Below are positions 1-12,714 of a DNA stretch of 52,214 nucleotides, in pieces. Position numbers and translations under genes: made by a program. Origin of the DNA: Octopus bimaculoides (Eukaryota); the NCBI RefSeq assembly GCF_001194135.2, contig NC_068987.1, positions 523,815-576,028 of the forward strand, in the 5' to 3' direction. The stretch's first letter is position 1. Every line of letters starts with the position of its first letter. Under the pieces are notes generated by a model. The model worked only from the letters and a program-made list of their open reading frames with translations, had not been told where the DNA came from and ran no database searches.

Positions 1-212
1 TACTACTACTACTACTACTGCTGCCGCTTGCTTCAAACTCTCTCATATCATCAGACACCGTCACACCACCATCCAAATACTTTCTCCCCACTACACCTAT
101 ACAGGCACCACTTCACAACTATATCCACTACCACCAAACCTATACCTGCCATTCAATTACAAGCAACACCATATAATACAAAGACTATCACTTTACTAAA
201 ACTAGTCTCTAT

Positions 213-516
213 TAACTGGTCCTCCGTCGGTTGCGACGACAGGTGTTCCAGTTGATCCGATCAACGGAACAGTCTACTCGTGAAATTAACGTACAAGTGG
301 CTGAATACTCCACAGACACATTTACCCTTAACCTAATTCTCAGGTAGATTCAGTGCGGCACAGATCGTGACAACGACTCATTTTTGCCAGCTGAGTGAAC
401 TGGAGCAACGTGAAGTTAAGTGTCTTGCTTAAGGATACAACGCGCTACTGCATATTGATCTCACGAACTTTCGATCGTAAGCCGAATACACCAACCACCA
501 AGCCATGTGCCTTCAC
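213..516 (-). mobile_element. tRNA-derived SINE, family A (near full length)
   Basis: Minus strand starts GTGAAGGCACATGGCTTGGTGGTTGG (A-box-like) and has a central TCCTTAAGCAAGACACTTAACTTCACGTTGCTCCAG block resembling a CORE-type SINE domain. The same head and centre recur at 11568 and 25913. Confidence 0.75.
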
Positions 517-609
517 ACTACCCAATAAACTACTCAGCTATCTACCACGACAAGTACCACCATAATACTACAGCCAATACTGCACTGCCACAAACACTCT
601 CACTTCATC

Positions 610-785
610 AATCACAGCCTTGGAATCTTTTAGGATTAAAGCGCAAAGCTCGTCACTTCGAGGAAAATGGCTTAATCGATATCAGCGCCCTCCGATACTT
701 GAAGCTGACTCTGGTATGATTTGAACTCGGGGTGTGAACAGTTAGAAATACGGCGTAGCATTTTGTCCGACGCACTAAAGATTCA
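610..785 (-). mobile_element. Degenerate SINE, family B
   Basis: Decayed similarity (TAATCGAT...ATTTGAACTC...GAAATAC...GCATTTTGTCCGACGCAC) to the clearer copies at 26671 and 40684. Confidence 0.45.
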
Positions 786-914
786 GTCTATCCAGAGCCC
801 TACTATCACAGTAATGACACCTCACAACAGCTAAGTGGGAGAGGAGGGAGGTAGTGTTGTTAGGATGTTGTGGATCGTGTGTGCGTGTGTATGTGTGTGT
901 GCGTGCGTGTGTAT

Positions 915-1192
915 AAAGTCTCTATGGTAGGTCATTAGAAACTGATAAGCCCACGACGGAATTTCTGCGTGGTCTTTCTATCTGCTAGAAATGACAACCA
1001 AACTTCCAAATCACAACGCACCGTTTTAGGCAAAAATACATTGGATACCGCGTTCGCAGGTTCTTTGTACATTGGGGGCAAAAGACAGGCTGCTCACGGC
1101 TGGGACACCTTTATACTTGATCAGGGATGACCAGGGTGATCTAAGCAGCAACAACAAAAACACCACAACAACTACCAGAACAACAACAACAA
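915..1192 (+). mobile_element. Interspersed repeat family D with (CAA)n tail (SINE or LINE 3' end)
   Basis: Contains CTGCTAGAAAT-like core and GATCAGGGATGACC followed by a CAA-repeat tail. Related pieces occur at 4697, 13345, 14580 and 39335. Confidence 0.6.
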
Positions 1193-1657
1193 TCTCTGTC
1201 ATTTCTACATTTGACGATTGTTGGTCTATGACGAATGTGATGATGGTTTGAAGTGTAAATGGTATTAGCAGTATGGTCGAAGGTTTATTCTATTACATTT
1301 GATGGCTAATTCTATTATTGTACTTTATTGTTTTTAATCAGCCATATAGTTAATTAATCTAATAATTTATTAGTTACATTGTACAGTAAATATCTGAGTA
1401 AGCCTGCTGTCTTATCGTATGTGGAGATAGTTTTCTCTTTCATAAACGCCATGAGAGAATAGGAAGACTTCAACATCAAATTGGTTAACAAATTGTCCAG
1501 GCATTTTTAGTGAAGCGAACATCAATTATGGAAATGATGCTTTCTTTACTACACACATACACAGCTTATATGTATATAATTTACACACACTCACACAAAA
1601 ACATACACATATATAGATATGTTTGTATTTATAAGTATGTGTATACATTTCCATGTT

Positions 1658-1697
<40 letters not shown>

Positions 1698-3432
1698 ATA
1701 AGGTAGTTCCAGCTCTACCCTAACATCTACCAAATTGCAGTTACCACGCATGCGTATCAAGAAAATCACTTCCTCCACCTCACTGAATTAATCCCAAACC
1801 AAACATTCTATGTTCATCTTCTACTTATGCCCTTAACATTTCTAATGTAATAAATGTCACCAGTACCACTCATACCACTAATAATACTAAGATTTTTAAT
1901 TAAACTAACACGCTCTCATTCACGACCAGATTTCACCAATGTCTGCCACCGTAATTCATATCTATCGCTTTACGGAGACTTACATTAAATCATATATATA
2001 TATATATACCTGCGTATATATAACTGTATGCATGTGTGCAAGAGACTCCGTTGTGTTATTTTAGCTTCCGTTTTGCAGAAAAGCGTTGCCTTAGATTTTG
2101 AGGATTTTTCTTGCGTATAGAAAAAATATTTTCTTGAGATATTTTACCAGAGTTTCATCATTGGAAAATAGAAAACAGTACAAAAAAAAAAAAATCCTCC
2201 TCAAAAGAAAACCAACAAAACAACAACACCAACGAATCATTTGTGGAGGTGGAATAAAAGAAAAATAAAATCTATTTTCCCTTCTTCTCTGGTTTCGTTT
2301 TGGCAACGTGGCATTTAATGTTTTGACAACGACATATTTCTCCAACTGATTGTTGCTATCAAACTCTGAGTAACTCAACACAAGACGCGTTTAGAATTGT
2401 ATAGCCATATTTTTTATAGAGAGACCCAACTCTTGTTGCCTACCCCTTCTCTCTGTCCACCCATATATATATATATATATATATATATGCATTCATACAC
2501 ACAGTTATACATATATATTTATATGTATGTGTGTGTTGCCTGTTATTCTTGTAATCCTCGCTTCTCACAGACTTAAATCTTTTCTTCTATTTTCTGTTCT
2601 TCCTCTCCTCTCTCCTCTCACCCTCCCACATCTGATATTTCCTCCTTCTCTCTTATTTATTATTTCTGTTTTTTTTTCAAAATAACATTTACATTTTTTC
2701 TCCTCCTCTTTCTCTCCACGGTTCTTCTGTTACCATTTTTCGCATATATTTTCCTTTTCTCTCGTGTTTGTTGTTTATGTTGTTCTTCCTCTTCTACCAC
2801 CACCAGAACTACCCTCTACGCTATCACCAGGACATCTCTCCCAACCATCAAAGTCATACCATCATAATCATCACTATCGTCACTTCCAACACCACTATCA
2901 CCACCACCCCCTCCGTCATTATCACATCTTCTACATTAACTCATCACTTCTCCCCACACATATCTTACAATTCTTTCCATGATTTTTTATCCATGTTTTG
3001 CCAGCTTCCTTCACACTCTACCCACATGAATGTATACAAGAGCAGAATAAAAGAAGATTCGGTTATCCCTGATAACACCATATAATACATAATATTTACA
3101 TGTGTTTCACTAGAATATTTTTTTCCATGTTGTGGGGTAATTATTATGTTAATTGCGCAATCACCTTACAATTCCAGATCTTCAGAAGAAAAATGATAAT
3201 TTTATCCACTGTTAATTACCAAGTTCTGTTGGTAAGCAAAATGAGTGAGAACTGCTGTTCCCATTTACCAAAACTCTTGCTTTATTCTGCTCGCGGATAT
3301 ACACTCTGTCATAGAATTCCGAAAGAAAATCGGCGGGAAAATCATATTTAATACTTAATTGGAATTTGGATATAAATGGATTTACAAGGAATTTTAAGCA
3401 TCGGTTAACTCATTGGAAATAGCAATTTTTTC

Positions 3433-3481
<49 letters not shown>

Positions 3482-4559
3482 ATATGTTTGTATATGAATG
3501 GATGGAGAGAGGGAGAGAGAGATGGATATATATATATAAACGGACAGGTAGAGAGAGATAGATAGAAGATAGAGGATAAATATGCACACAAGCACATACA
3601 CAGATGCACACATACATTACGTACACACACTCACACACACACACACACACACACACACGGCAACAGTTAAGAGAACGAAAGCAAGAAGTGTGGTTTATGG
3701 TAAGGTTTTTTGGTTGCGTGAGAAGTCAAAAGTGTTTCCTTTGAATCGTTCACTTGTTAAAGTATTCTGTGTAAGAAGTGAAACGGACATCTTGACTGAA
3801 GATGGACGGAGGAGCCGGTGGTCAGACATAAATCAGCTTCTTTGAACAGAAGAGAGGATATTTACGAAAGTGGGGTGGGGAAGGAGCAGTAGAGTCACAA
3901 GAGGTTAGAGATTATAAGATTAGTTGGTTAATCTGTTAAGTCTATGTTGACAAAGTAGAAATAATAAGCGAAGTTGTCTTCGTGTAGCTTTGATCAGTTT
4001 TAATTGGGTGTTTACTAAGATTTTAACTTTGGGTGGCAAAGCGAATGAAGGGGCAGGGGTGGGGAGCGGACGTTAAGTGGGTCTTGGGTAGTGGGCATGG
4101 TCGGTTACATGTCGTTTTGTGATATTAATGGAGACAATGGTAGCGGCGGAGGTATTTGAACATTTGCACGAGACAATGTATCGAATCCTGATCCCTGATA
4201 CGTGGAGAGTCACGATGTTGTAATTGATCTAATCGATAAACCATTAAGGGTGGTGGTAGTGGAAGTGGTGGTGGTGGCGACGGCGGTGGTGGTGGTCGTT
4301 GAGGTGAGGGTGGAGGTGGCTCTCCATTGCTGGTCAACAAATCGTTTAAATCTTATTTCACGAAGCGGATTAATCGCGTTAATGTACAACACGAGCGCAC
4401 GCACGTAAATACACAAACGCACGCATGCAAATAAAAACACGCACACATACATACATACATACGCAATCACATACGTACATGCACTCATATATACTCATGA
4501 ATGTAAAGACATGGAGAGCAGAAAGACATCCACTCAAACTCTGACATGCAGATGCAATT

Positions 4560-4597
<38 letters not shown>

Positions 4598-4696
4598 TTG
4601 TTCATGATGTACAACTACATATGCAGACACATACACAAAGACACTCATTACATACATACATAGAAAAAAGATTATACACGATACACAACCAGTGAT

Positions 4697-4743
4697 GAGG
4701 TCTCTATAAGCTCATTCGACCGGCTAGAAATAGCAGTCAAATC
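4697..4743 (+). mobile_element. Family D fragment
   Basis: GGTCTCTATAAGCTCATTCGACCGGCTAGAAATAGCAGTCAAATC matches the core of the other D copies. Confidence 0.45.
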
Positions 4744-4869
4744 ATATTGTATTGTATTACATATTACACTACAAACCACTTCCCAGGTTTTCGTACGACC
4801 CCGTCTCCCCCCTTCTCCTCCTCCTTTTGTCTCTCCTGTCGTATCTGCAGAAATATCCAAGTCACTGCA

Positions 4870-5950
4870 ATGGTGTCAACTACTACAACGAAAACACGGG
4901 CGAACGGATGTGGGCACCTTTTGTATGCTACGTCTTTCTGCAGCTCGTCTCCTTAACCGAGCTGCAGTCACGGGTCAAGCGCAGACCAAGATTTGGCATC
5001 GAAAATATCGCCAGGTTCTCGGAGTAATCTGCCAGTTGGATAAAGCTGTCAGCGGGGACAGTCCCAAGATTTCTATATTGGGTTAGATGAAGGTGTAAGC
5101 AACGATTGCCTGGGATTGCCTCTGGACATCGACGAGAACAGTGTGGCAGGTCTCTTCTGAAAAAACTTTCAGGTCAGGGACAATGCACAACTTCTAAAAG
5201 TCCTTGGTACAGCAGGGCTGTAGGGAGGTATTGTCGATTTGAGGCAAATGCTTTAGGCATGGAAGCGCCAACAGCCGAACTTGTCCGAAATGCAGGCGGA
5301 GGACGAAACTGTCCTGCACACAATCGTTCAGTGTCCGTGCATTAGGGACTTGTGGGCTTGTGTTGAGCATTTGCTGTGTTGTGTAGGACGGATACAGTTG
5401 TCAACAGAGTGTATAGGGAAGATCGACGCACCACCTTCCTTTGGTAGAAAAGTGAGACAGATCTTCCTTTGGTTAGTGGCTTTGGTGAAAGGGGCTTGTG
5501 GTGGACCCGTCTGAAAGGTCTGAAGAGAGGCACTTTGCTCTCTGCCTCAGCTCTCAACAATTTCCTCAAATTTCATTTGAAAAAGAGGTGAGGGTAGTGA
5601 AATAGGTGCTGCCTTCTGATGCGTTTATCGAACGGTGGACGGAAATGGTAAGACTGGTGAGGCAGAATGGGTTTGTTCAGAGAATGCTTTTCTTAGTTGG
5701 AGGAAAGAAACTGAAAAATGGCACTTCTGATGCTTTGAGGATGACGTTGTAATCCGGGAGTCTTCGAGTGAATTTCCCCTGAATTACCCGAGCTGAACCT
5801 CCTTGGGTAATTCGGGATTTTATTTTTATTTTTCTTAATTCTATTTTTATATTCTTACTGTTGTTGTGTCTCCTTTTCATCGATGTCAACCTTTTTACGT
5901 ATTTTGTCCTTTGATGTCCTCTCCATTGTCTTGGGTCTCTGTCTCTTCCT
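4870..5950 (+). mobile_element. L1/Tx1-like non-LTR retrotransposon, decayed ORF2 C-terminus and 3' UTR
   Basis: Frameshifted translation gives CPKCRR / DETVLHTIVQCPCIRDLW...FLWLVALVKG, the C-terminal CCHC (zf-RVT-like) region typical of L1/Tx1 ORF2. It is followed by a T/pyrimidine-rich tail. No RT core is present. Confidence 0.72.
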
Positions 5951-7099
5951 CATCCTCATCCTCATTATTACTATTATTATTCTTCATTAATTTTACATCT
6001 CTTCCTCAACTTGTTGACTCTTACGTTGTATTATTGGACCCCAGCGAATATACTAACCATTCTCTTTCCCCTCTTCTCTTTCACTCTCTCTCACCGTCTC
6101 TTTTCTCTCTCTTCTATTCTCTACTTCTCATTTATTGCCTCCCGGAATATTTATTATGCTAATAAGATTCTACAAAGGTCAGAGGAACGGTCACACCTCA
6201 CTCACTATCTGATTCTAAAGAGAAAAGAAAAGAAACCAAATCCTCTCCCCCGACCCCTGACACTTGTCAGTAAGTCAGCCTAAACATTAACAACCTCAAT
6301 ATGACCCCAGATATCACCCCTCCCTATTCTCAAAGTTATCTCCACCTCATTACGTCATCAATCTCGGAGGATAAAAATAGGCCGTAGGCAATATAAAAGG
6401 AAAAAAAATATCTCTACTGGTGAGTCGATCAAATAATACAACACACAAATATAAATGATTTTACTATTTGAACACAATAACAATTTCTTTATTTAATAAT
6501 AAGCTGTTCTTTGCGAAAAAAAAAAAAAACGAACTAAAATATAAAAAAGACGACACATAATCAATAGATGAGACTAAATTCTTTTTTAATTTAATAAGTT
6601 AATAGCCCGGGAAGAAATTGGTATTATTCAATAGCATATTATGTAGGATTCTGTAGAATATTGTCTGTTATTTGTGTGGAATTGCTGCTAGTTTTGGAAG
6701 AACAATTGTTTATTTTGTGACAACGGTTGGGGCAGAATAACAATAGATTTAACCATTTATTGGAATCGAGATTATCTTTTGGACTGAGGGCCAAATAATA
6801 TCGATTGATTAAATATTGTTTATTGATAAATGCTGAGTATTATAGAGTTGAGGTCACGTACTCGGCTGTCGAGTTGCTGAGGGGACACAGTTTCGTATTT
6901 CGAATAATTTGAACACACACGCAAACACTCTCTCTTTCGCACACACACATGCATGCATGCTTAAGCACACATTCTATCTATCTATCTATCTATCCATCCA
7001 TCTATAAATGTACACACACACACACGTATGTATATGTGCAGTTTAATGCTGGAACATTTCAAGCCCTGCGCCACCAGCACACGAAGCTGAAGTGAATGC

Positions 7100-7188
7100 A
7101 AACAGGATTCACTTGCCAGTCGTCAGTCAAATCGTCCAACCCATGCTAGCATGGAAAGCAGACGTTAAACGATGATGACGATGATGAT
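7100..7188 (+). mobile_element. Retroposon 3' tail with (GAT)n end
   Basis: AATCGTCCAACCCATGCTAGCATGGAAAGCAGACGTTAAACGATGATGACGATGATGAT: short palindrome plus GAT-repeat tail, as at SINE/RTE-type 3' ends. The assignment is from recall. Confidence 0.5.
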
Positions 7189-7238
7189 ACATATATATAT
7201 ATACATATATATACATAGACATTACATATATGTAATGA

Positions 7239-7302
<64 letters not shown>

Positions 7303-8728
7303 TTCATATATACACTATAATGTCGTTTCTAAAGTTTCGGAAATTCGTTTTGTTGCCTGTTTTTAGCTGTACCCGGTATTAATGATCCCTCCATTCTTAA
7401 TTCCATTAATCATATCTGACCCTCCAGGACCTCTTCAGACTTGATGAAGGTAAATAAACAGCTGCTTTTACATATGTCGTCATAAAATAAAGTCGATCTG
7501 ATAATTAATTTTTAACTATTTAATAAATGATTGAAATAAAATTTTGATAAATGAGAATGACATATTAACCAGAAGTCTGTAAATGCTTTTCACAGATTAG
7601 TTCAGTCTTTTATAGAAACAAAATTGCGAAAATTATAATAGCATAAAGACTTTATGATGATTCAAGAACAGTACTGTTCTTTTGAGGAGGTCACATAAAA
7701 ACGAAACATGCTCGGAATTAGCTGCATCTGTCTGTTAAATCTCAAATTATTCTTCTCCGTCGTCACTTTCTATTCTCAGTTTTAATCAATTCAGATTTCG
7801 CTACGTTAACCCGTTTCAAAGGAAGACCATTTCTTTTTTGATTCTGTCGTATTCATCCTTTGTTTGGCTGATTTATGCAATGTTCAATACGGTTATTGTA
7901 TTGATTAATTAAACTTATCTTGCTAGCCACATTAACAATATGTGCAATTACTTTATAATTTATTTTTATCTATGCTGTCTCTCGTTTTTCTTAGGACTTA
8001 TATAGATTTTTTGATGGCTTATAAATCTTTTATGACTTATAAATTTTTATGGCCTATAAAATTGTTTTTTGTTACAGTTTATAGATTGTTTTTATGGTTT
8101 ATGAATGGCTTTAATATGCTTTTCTGTTAGTTTTCACATGGGAATCAGTCTGCCCACAAGTTCATTGGGTCTGCTGAAGAAATTATTCAAAAATATGTCT
8201 TTATTAATATTTTCAGATTTATCAGCATTTTTCCAATCATTAACATAATATTTCCTTACCAAATTCCTTCCGGCTCCTGCTAATTACATCTCTGTCGCTA
8301 CAGTTGTGTATGTATATATTCTTTGTAATTACAAGAAATAAATGTATATATGCGACAACAGCATACACTTATGACCCCACGATCACTTCATCAATTTACG
8401 CCTTTAAATTCTGGTCAAAGATGGCCAACTCAGGGTTAAATAACAGCTACATGCATCGTGCCGCGCGCGAATTATATAGGAAACATTTTTGTAGTAAATT
8501 TACTTGTTAGTAAAATCATTCAAATCAAATCAGAAAAAAAGCCACGGAAAACAATGGTTCTCCGTCGATTTCAATGATGATCAAAAGGACAACTTATTCA
8601 ATTAACCAATGAATATTTTCCTATTTCACAAATGATCGTATTCTTAAGGAAAGACCACATTAACCTAACGAGTGATGAGTTCATCCATTGAATTACGGCG
8701 ACAATCCCGCTGATAGGCTTCCGTACAG

Positions 8729-8729
<1 letters not shown>

Positions 8730-8809
<80 letters not shown>
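8730..8809. repeat. (TA)n microsatellite, ~40 units
   Basis: Read directly. It is representative of dozens of (TA)n, (CA)n, (GA)n and (ATAC)n tracts throughout the window. Confidence 0.98.
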
Positions 8810-8812
<3 letters not shown>

Positions 8813-9462
8813 GTGCGCGCGCGCGCGTTTGTGTATGTACGTATGTATGTATGTATATATATATATATATATATATATACCTGCAAACGCATATAAATAC
8901 AAGCATACAGACACACAGGTACTCGCAAATACAAAACAAAACAAATTTAAGAAAGCCGACCAGATATATAGCAACACATGCAAATATATGCACCGAGATG
9001 ACGTCACAAATGCAGACATAGGCGCGCATCTGCACATATGTGCTCCTCAATCATATGTGTATATGTTTGTACAGGAGTTTAAGCATGTATACGAATATAA
9101 ATGATATAAATACATTTGCTTGGTCTTATTGAACAGAAAATAGCAATGACAGACCGAGTGAGTTTGGCGAAAAATAATATTTCCATCCGCTATTTTAAAG
9201 AAACTCACGCATGTACGTTCGGGTATATCAATCTGTCTATGTATGTATGTATGTATGCATGTGTGTATGTAGCAAATTCAAGTCTGGGTGGATTATATAG
9301 ATTTATATATATATATAATACAGTATAATGTTATAATACATACATATATAGATAAGTATATCTAAATTTCTCTCTCACCTCTCTCTCTCTCTATGTATAT
9401 GTATATCTATATCTATATAATATGTAATATATATGCAAAGCATATAACAATGTTAATAGATA

Positions 9463-9538
<76 letters not shown>

Positions 9539-10118
9539 TGTGAGAGAGTTATATGCAGGTATTATGGACAATTGCAGTGAGTATACATTATTGTATATAC
9601 TTTATGTGTGTATGTATATATAAATATATAATATATAAACATATACATATGCAAAATTACATGTGCATGTATATATATATCTATGTGTGTGTGTGTAATT
9701 TCATATACGTGCCCTTAACTTTATATGTGCGCATATCTAAATGAATGTTCTTACATATACACATATGCATACATTCATATGTGTGTATTCACATTTAAAG
9801 AGAAAATACTTGAATATATGTGAATTTGCGTATGTATGTATTTATCTATCTTTCACTCTCTGTCTGTCTGCCTATATCTATCTGTCTGTTTGTCTGTCTA
9901 CCCGTAGACAAACATTTGTATACATACATGCATACGTATATGCATACATATTTATAAGTATGAATATAAACAAGTACATATATATGTGCACATACATATA
10001 AATACACACACACACACATACGTATGTATATATGTGTGTGTGTATGTATATATATATCTCTATATATATATATATATATATATCTATATATATATATATA
10101 TCTATATATATATATATA

Positions 10119-10169
<51 letters not shown>

Positions 10170-11094
10170 CACACACAGAGAATGCATTACTTCTGAAAAG
10201 CAGTACTAAACTGAAATTCTAGCAACCGAGGAGCACAAATAAACAAAAAAAAAAAAGACCATAAACAATGAATAAAGAAGAGAAATACACACGAAAACAA
10301 CAACAACAACAAGAGCAGCAACAAAGAGAAGATGAGAGAGAAAAAGCAAGATGTGTGAAATATTGTAAAATCTATATTTCTGTGAGAGTTGCTCGTCTAA
10401 TTGTCACGATCATTTGCAATTAGATTGAACTAAGAAGCGAAACTAATCAAAGACATAGAAATTGAAAAAATATTTAATTCGTCATTCATTTTAACATGCA
10501 GAGTCTATTTCTGTAAAACTAGAAGAAACTGTGGTGGTGGTGGTGTTAGTAGGTGCAGTAGCTGTAACAGTGGCAGTAGTGAAGGTGTACTCGTAGTAGT
10601 TGTGGTAGAGGTGGTAGTATATATGTGTGGTTGTAGCACTTAGGGTTACAGGAGTATTGTTACTACCTGTAGTTGTTGTAGTTGTTGTAGTTGTTGTTAT
10701 AGAAATAATAGTCGGAGTTGTCGTGGTAGTGAATTGTAAGCTACTTTTTGTCTTGCTGTACAACGGATGACCTAGACTTTCCTGATGAACCGATAATGAC
10801 AGGTGAGACTAGTGTAATTAATGTTCAAGTTCTGAAACCCAGCAACATCAGCTTTAATTCATTTGTCCCCCCCCCCCCCTCATCCCACTGGACACACGTT
10901 AAGCTCTCTCTATTTAAATAATCACCGTGCACGTTTCCTTCCTTGTTGTCTTTTCATCATCAGATGCAGGATTCCGCTCCTACAGCAAAGAACGAGAGGT
11001 AACGTAAGTAGCGAGAAAAAGCTCCAGGCCACCTCCAGTCACTCTTCCTCACGCAAGGCATTTTCTGTGTAGTGGTCGTTCTATCGAGTTGATT

Positions 11095-11237
11095 TATTTC
11101 TTTATTGCCCACAGGGGGCTAAACATAGAGGGAACAAACAAGCACAGACAAACGGATTAAGTCGATTACATCGACCCCAGTGATTAACTGGTACTTATTT
11201 AATCGACCACCGAAAGGACGAAAGGCAAAGTCGACCT
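11095..11237 (-). mobile_element. SINE family B, 3' portion
   Basis: GTCGATTACATCGACCCCAG...TGGTACTTATTTAATCGACC...GAAAGG...AAAGGCAAAGTCGACC, shared with the 26671 and 40684 copies. The head is missing. Confidence 0.75.
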
Positions 11238-11482
11238 TGATTAACAGCCTGGCTCATATCCTGTCCACGTGATAGCGAGACAACACTGATCCCTGCATTG
11301 TTCCCAAATGAAGCTGGTTTCATTCCTCTCTTGCTCGATCACCGTGGCGAACTGATTCTCCATTTGTATGCTGCAAACAACAAAAGGAAGAAACCAAACC
11401 AGAAGATAAACGCTGTTATATGATGGAGTGTTTATCACTTGATCCGATTGCACCAACAGCCTGTTACAACGGACAGTCAAAG

Positions 11483-11566
11483 AACTGAGTTAGCAGATCG
11501 AATCCCGCCGAATTTAGCTTTCTTTTACTCTTCCGGGTCTGCGATAAGTAAATGAATAAAGTACCG
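11483..11566 (+). mobile_element. Degenerate SINE family B fragment
   Basis: CTGAGTT...AATCCCGCCGAA...GGGTC..GATAA...AAGTACCGG is a decayed forward match to the family B body. Confidence 0.4.
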
Positions 11567-11567
11567 G

Positions 11568-11700
11568 GTGAAGGCGTGTGGCCGAGTGGTTTGGGTGTTG
11601 CACTCATGATCTCAAGATTGTGATTTCGATTCTTAGATGGGGAGATGAGTTCTGTTGTTGAGCAAAACACCTTGTTCCACGTTGTTTCAGACGACTCAGA
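11568..11700 (+). mobile_element. SINE family A, 5' half
   Basis: GTGAAGGCGTGTGGCCGAGTGGTTTGGGTGTTGCACTCATGATCTC (tRNA-like A box) followed by GTTGTTGAGCAAAACACC...CACGTTG. Confidence 0.65.
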
Positions 11701-12515
11701 AACGAATAAAGCTGCGACAGTCTGGCTCTCCGGTCGGGAAGATTCTTGTGATTTCGGTCGCTTATACTTCACGGAAATCGGCTGACTGGTTCTAAGACTC
11801 GAAACACTAATGTCCAAAGGTTGATGGTGGTGACAAAGGAATTACTGGTACCAGATCTCCCCGCCTCTTTTCCCTCTGTATCTGAATTAGCTACGTTGAG
11901 TTGTAAAAAGTGTTGTGCGCGACTAATTATGTATGTATTAACATGTATATATACTCATATATATTTGCATGCAAGTATGTGTACATTTGTATGCAAGTAT
12001 ATATATGTATATATATATATATATATATATACATACACACATACATAGTCGCACACACATTCATGTGCACGCGCACAAGCAAACATTCTCTAAAACTTTA
12101 CACATACCCAAATATACACATTATACTTACAAATATATTTGAGTATATATGCATATATACATGCTAACACAAACATGAGTATATCATACGCTGCTTCCGT
12201 TCTCCATCCTTCAAGACATTTTCTAAGCGTTACCCACTATTCTCGTCTCCTTGGCCCCAAGGCCGTATTTTGTTTGGTTGTTTGTCTTCGTCCACCGCCC
12301 TAAACCTCACTCAGTGTCGTTTGCTTGTTTTGTTTTGTTTGCTTTTGTCCCTAATTCTACGCAAGAAAACTTGTTTTGGGAAGCACTCAGTCTTATCATT
12401 AAAGGTACGAAACTAAATATTACTAATTAGTCGATAACTGATGAAGAATTACGAACCTTCTGAGTTTGGTCTCCCGTTCGTTTTTACATTACGTCGTTTG
12501 TTTATACACTTTTTC

Positions 12516-12560
<45 letters not shown>

Positions 12561-12562
<2 letters not shown>

Positions 12563-12713
12563 GAAGCAATGGAAGCATGATAATCCACCACCTCCAAAAA
12601 AGGCTCGTGTCCAACCCTCAGCAGGTAAGGTGATGCTCACAGTCTTTTGGGACCCGAACGGAGTAGTGATGATGGATTTTCTAGCAAAGGGTACCACAAT
12701 TAACGGAACACAA
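12561..12713 (+). mobile_element. Mariner transposase fragment (catalytic-domain segment)
   Basis: Translates to SKQWKHDNPPPPKKARVQPSAGKVMLTVFWDPNGVVMMDFLAKGTTINGT, the segment between the first and second catalytic Asp of D,D34D mariners. It abuts a (TA)n tract and differs from the 42.7-kb element. Confidence 0.85.
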
Positions 12714-12714
12714 T

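Noticed and set aside
6345-6426. TTACGTCA + TATAAAAG + GTGAGT as a core promoter and first exon
   Set aside because: TATA-to-donor spacing leaves essentially no exon, and such motifs are expected by chance in AT-rich DNA.
10058-10125. Higher-order 18-bp periodicity (TC every 18 nt) in a (TA)n tract
   Set aside because: Ordinary microsatellite evolution by slippage of an interrupted unit.
10915-10966. Minus-strand CTGATGA...GAAACGTGCACG as a hammerhead
   Set aside because: The intervening purine-rich sequence cannot form stem II, and no valid cleavage triplet follows.
11241-11480. 79-aa minus-strand ORF with a QGSVLS RT-like hexapeptide in another frame and a good acceptor
   Set aside because: No flanking RT motifs and no recognisable protein; a single short match is insufficient.
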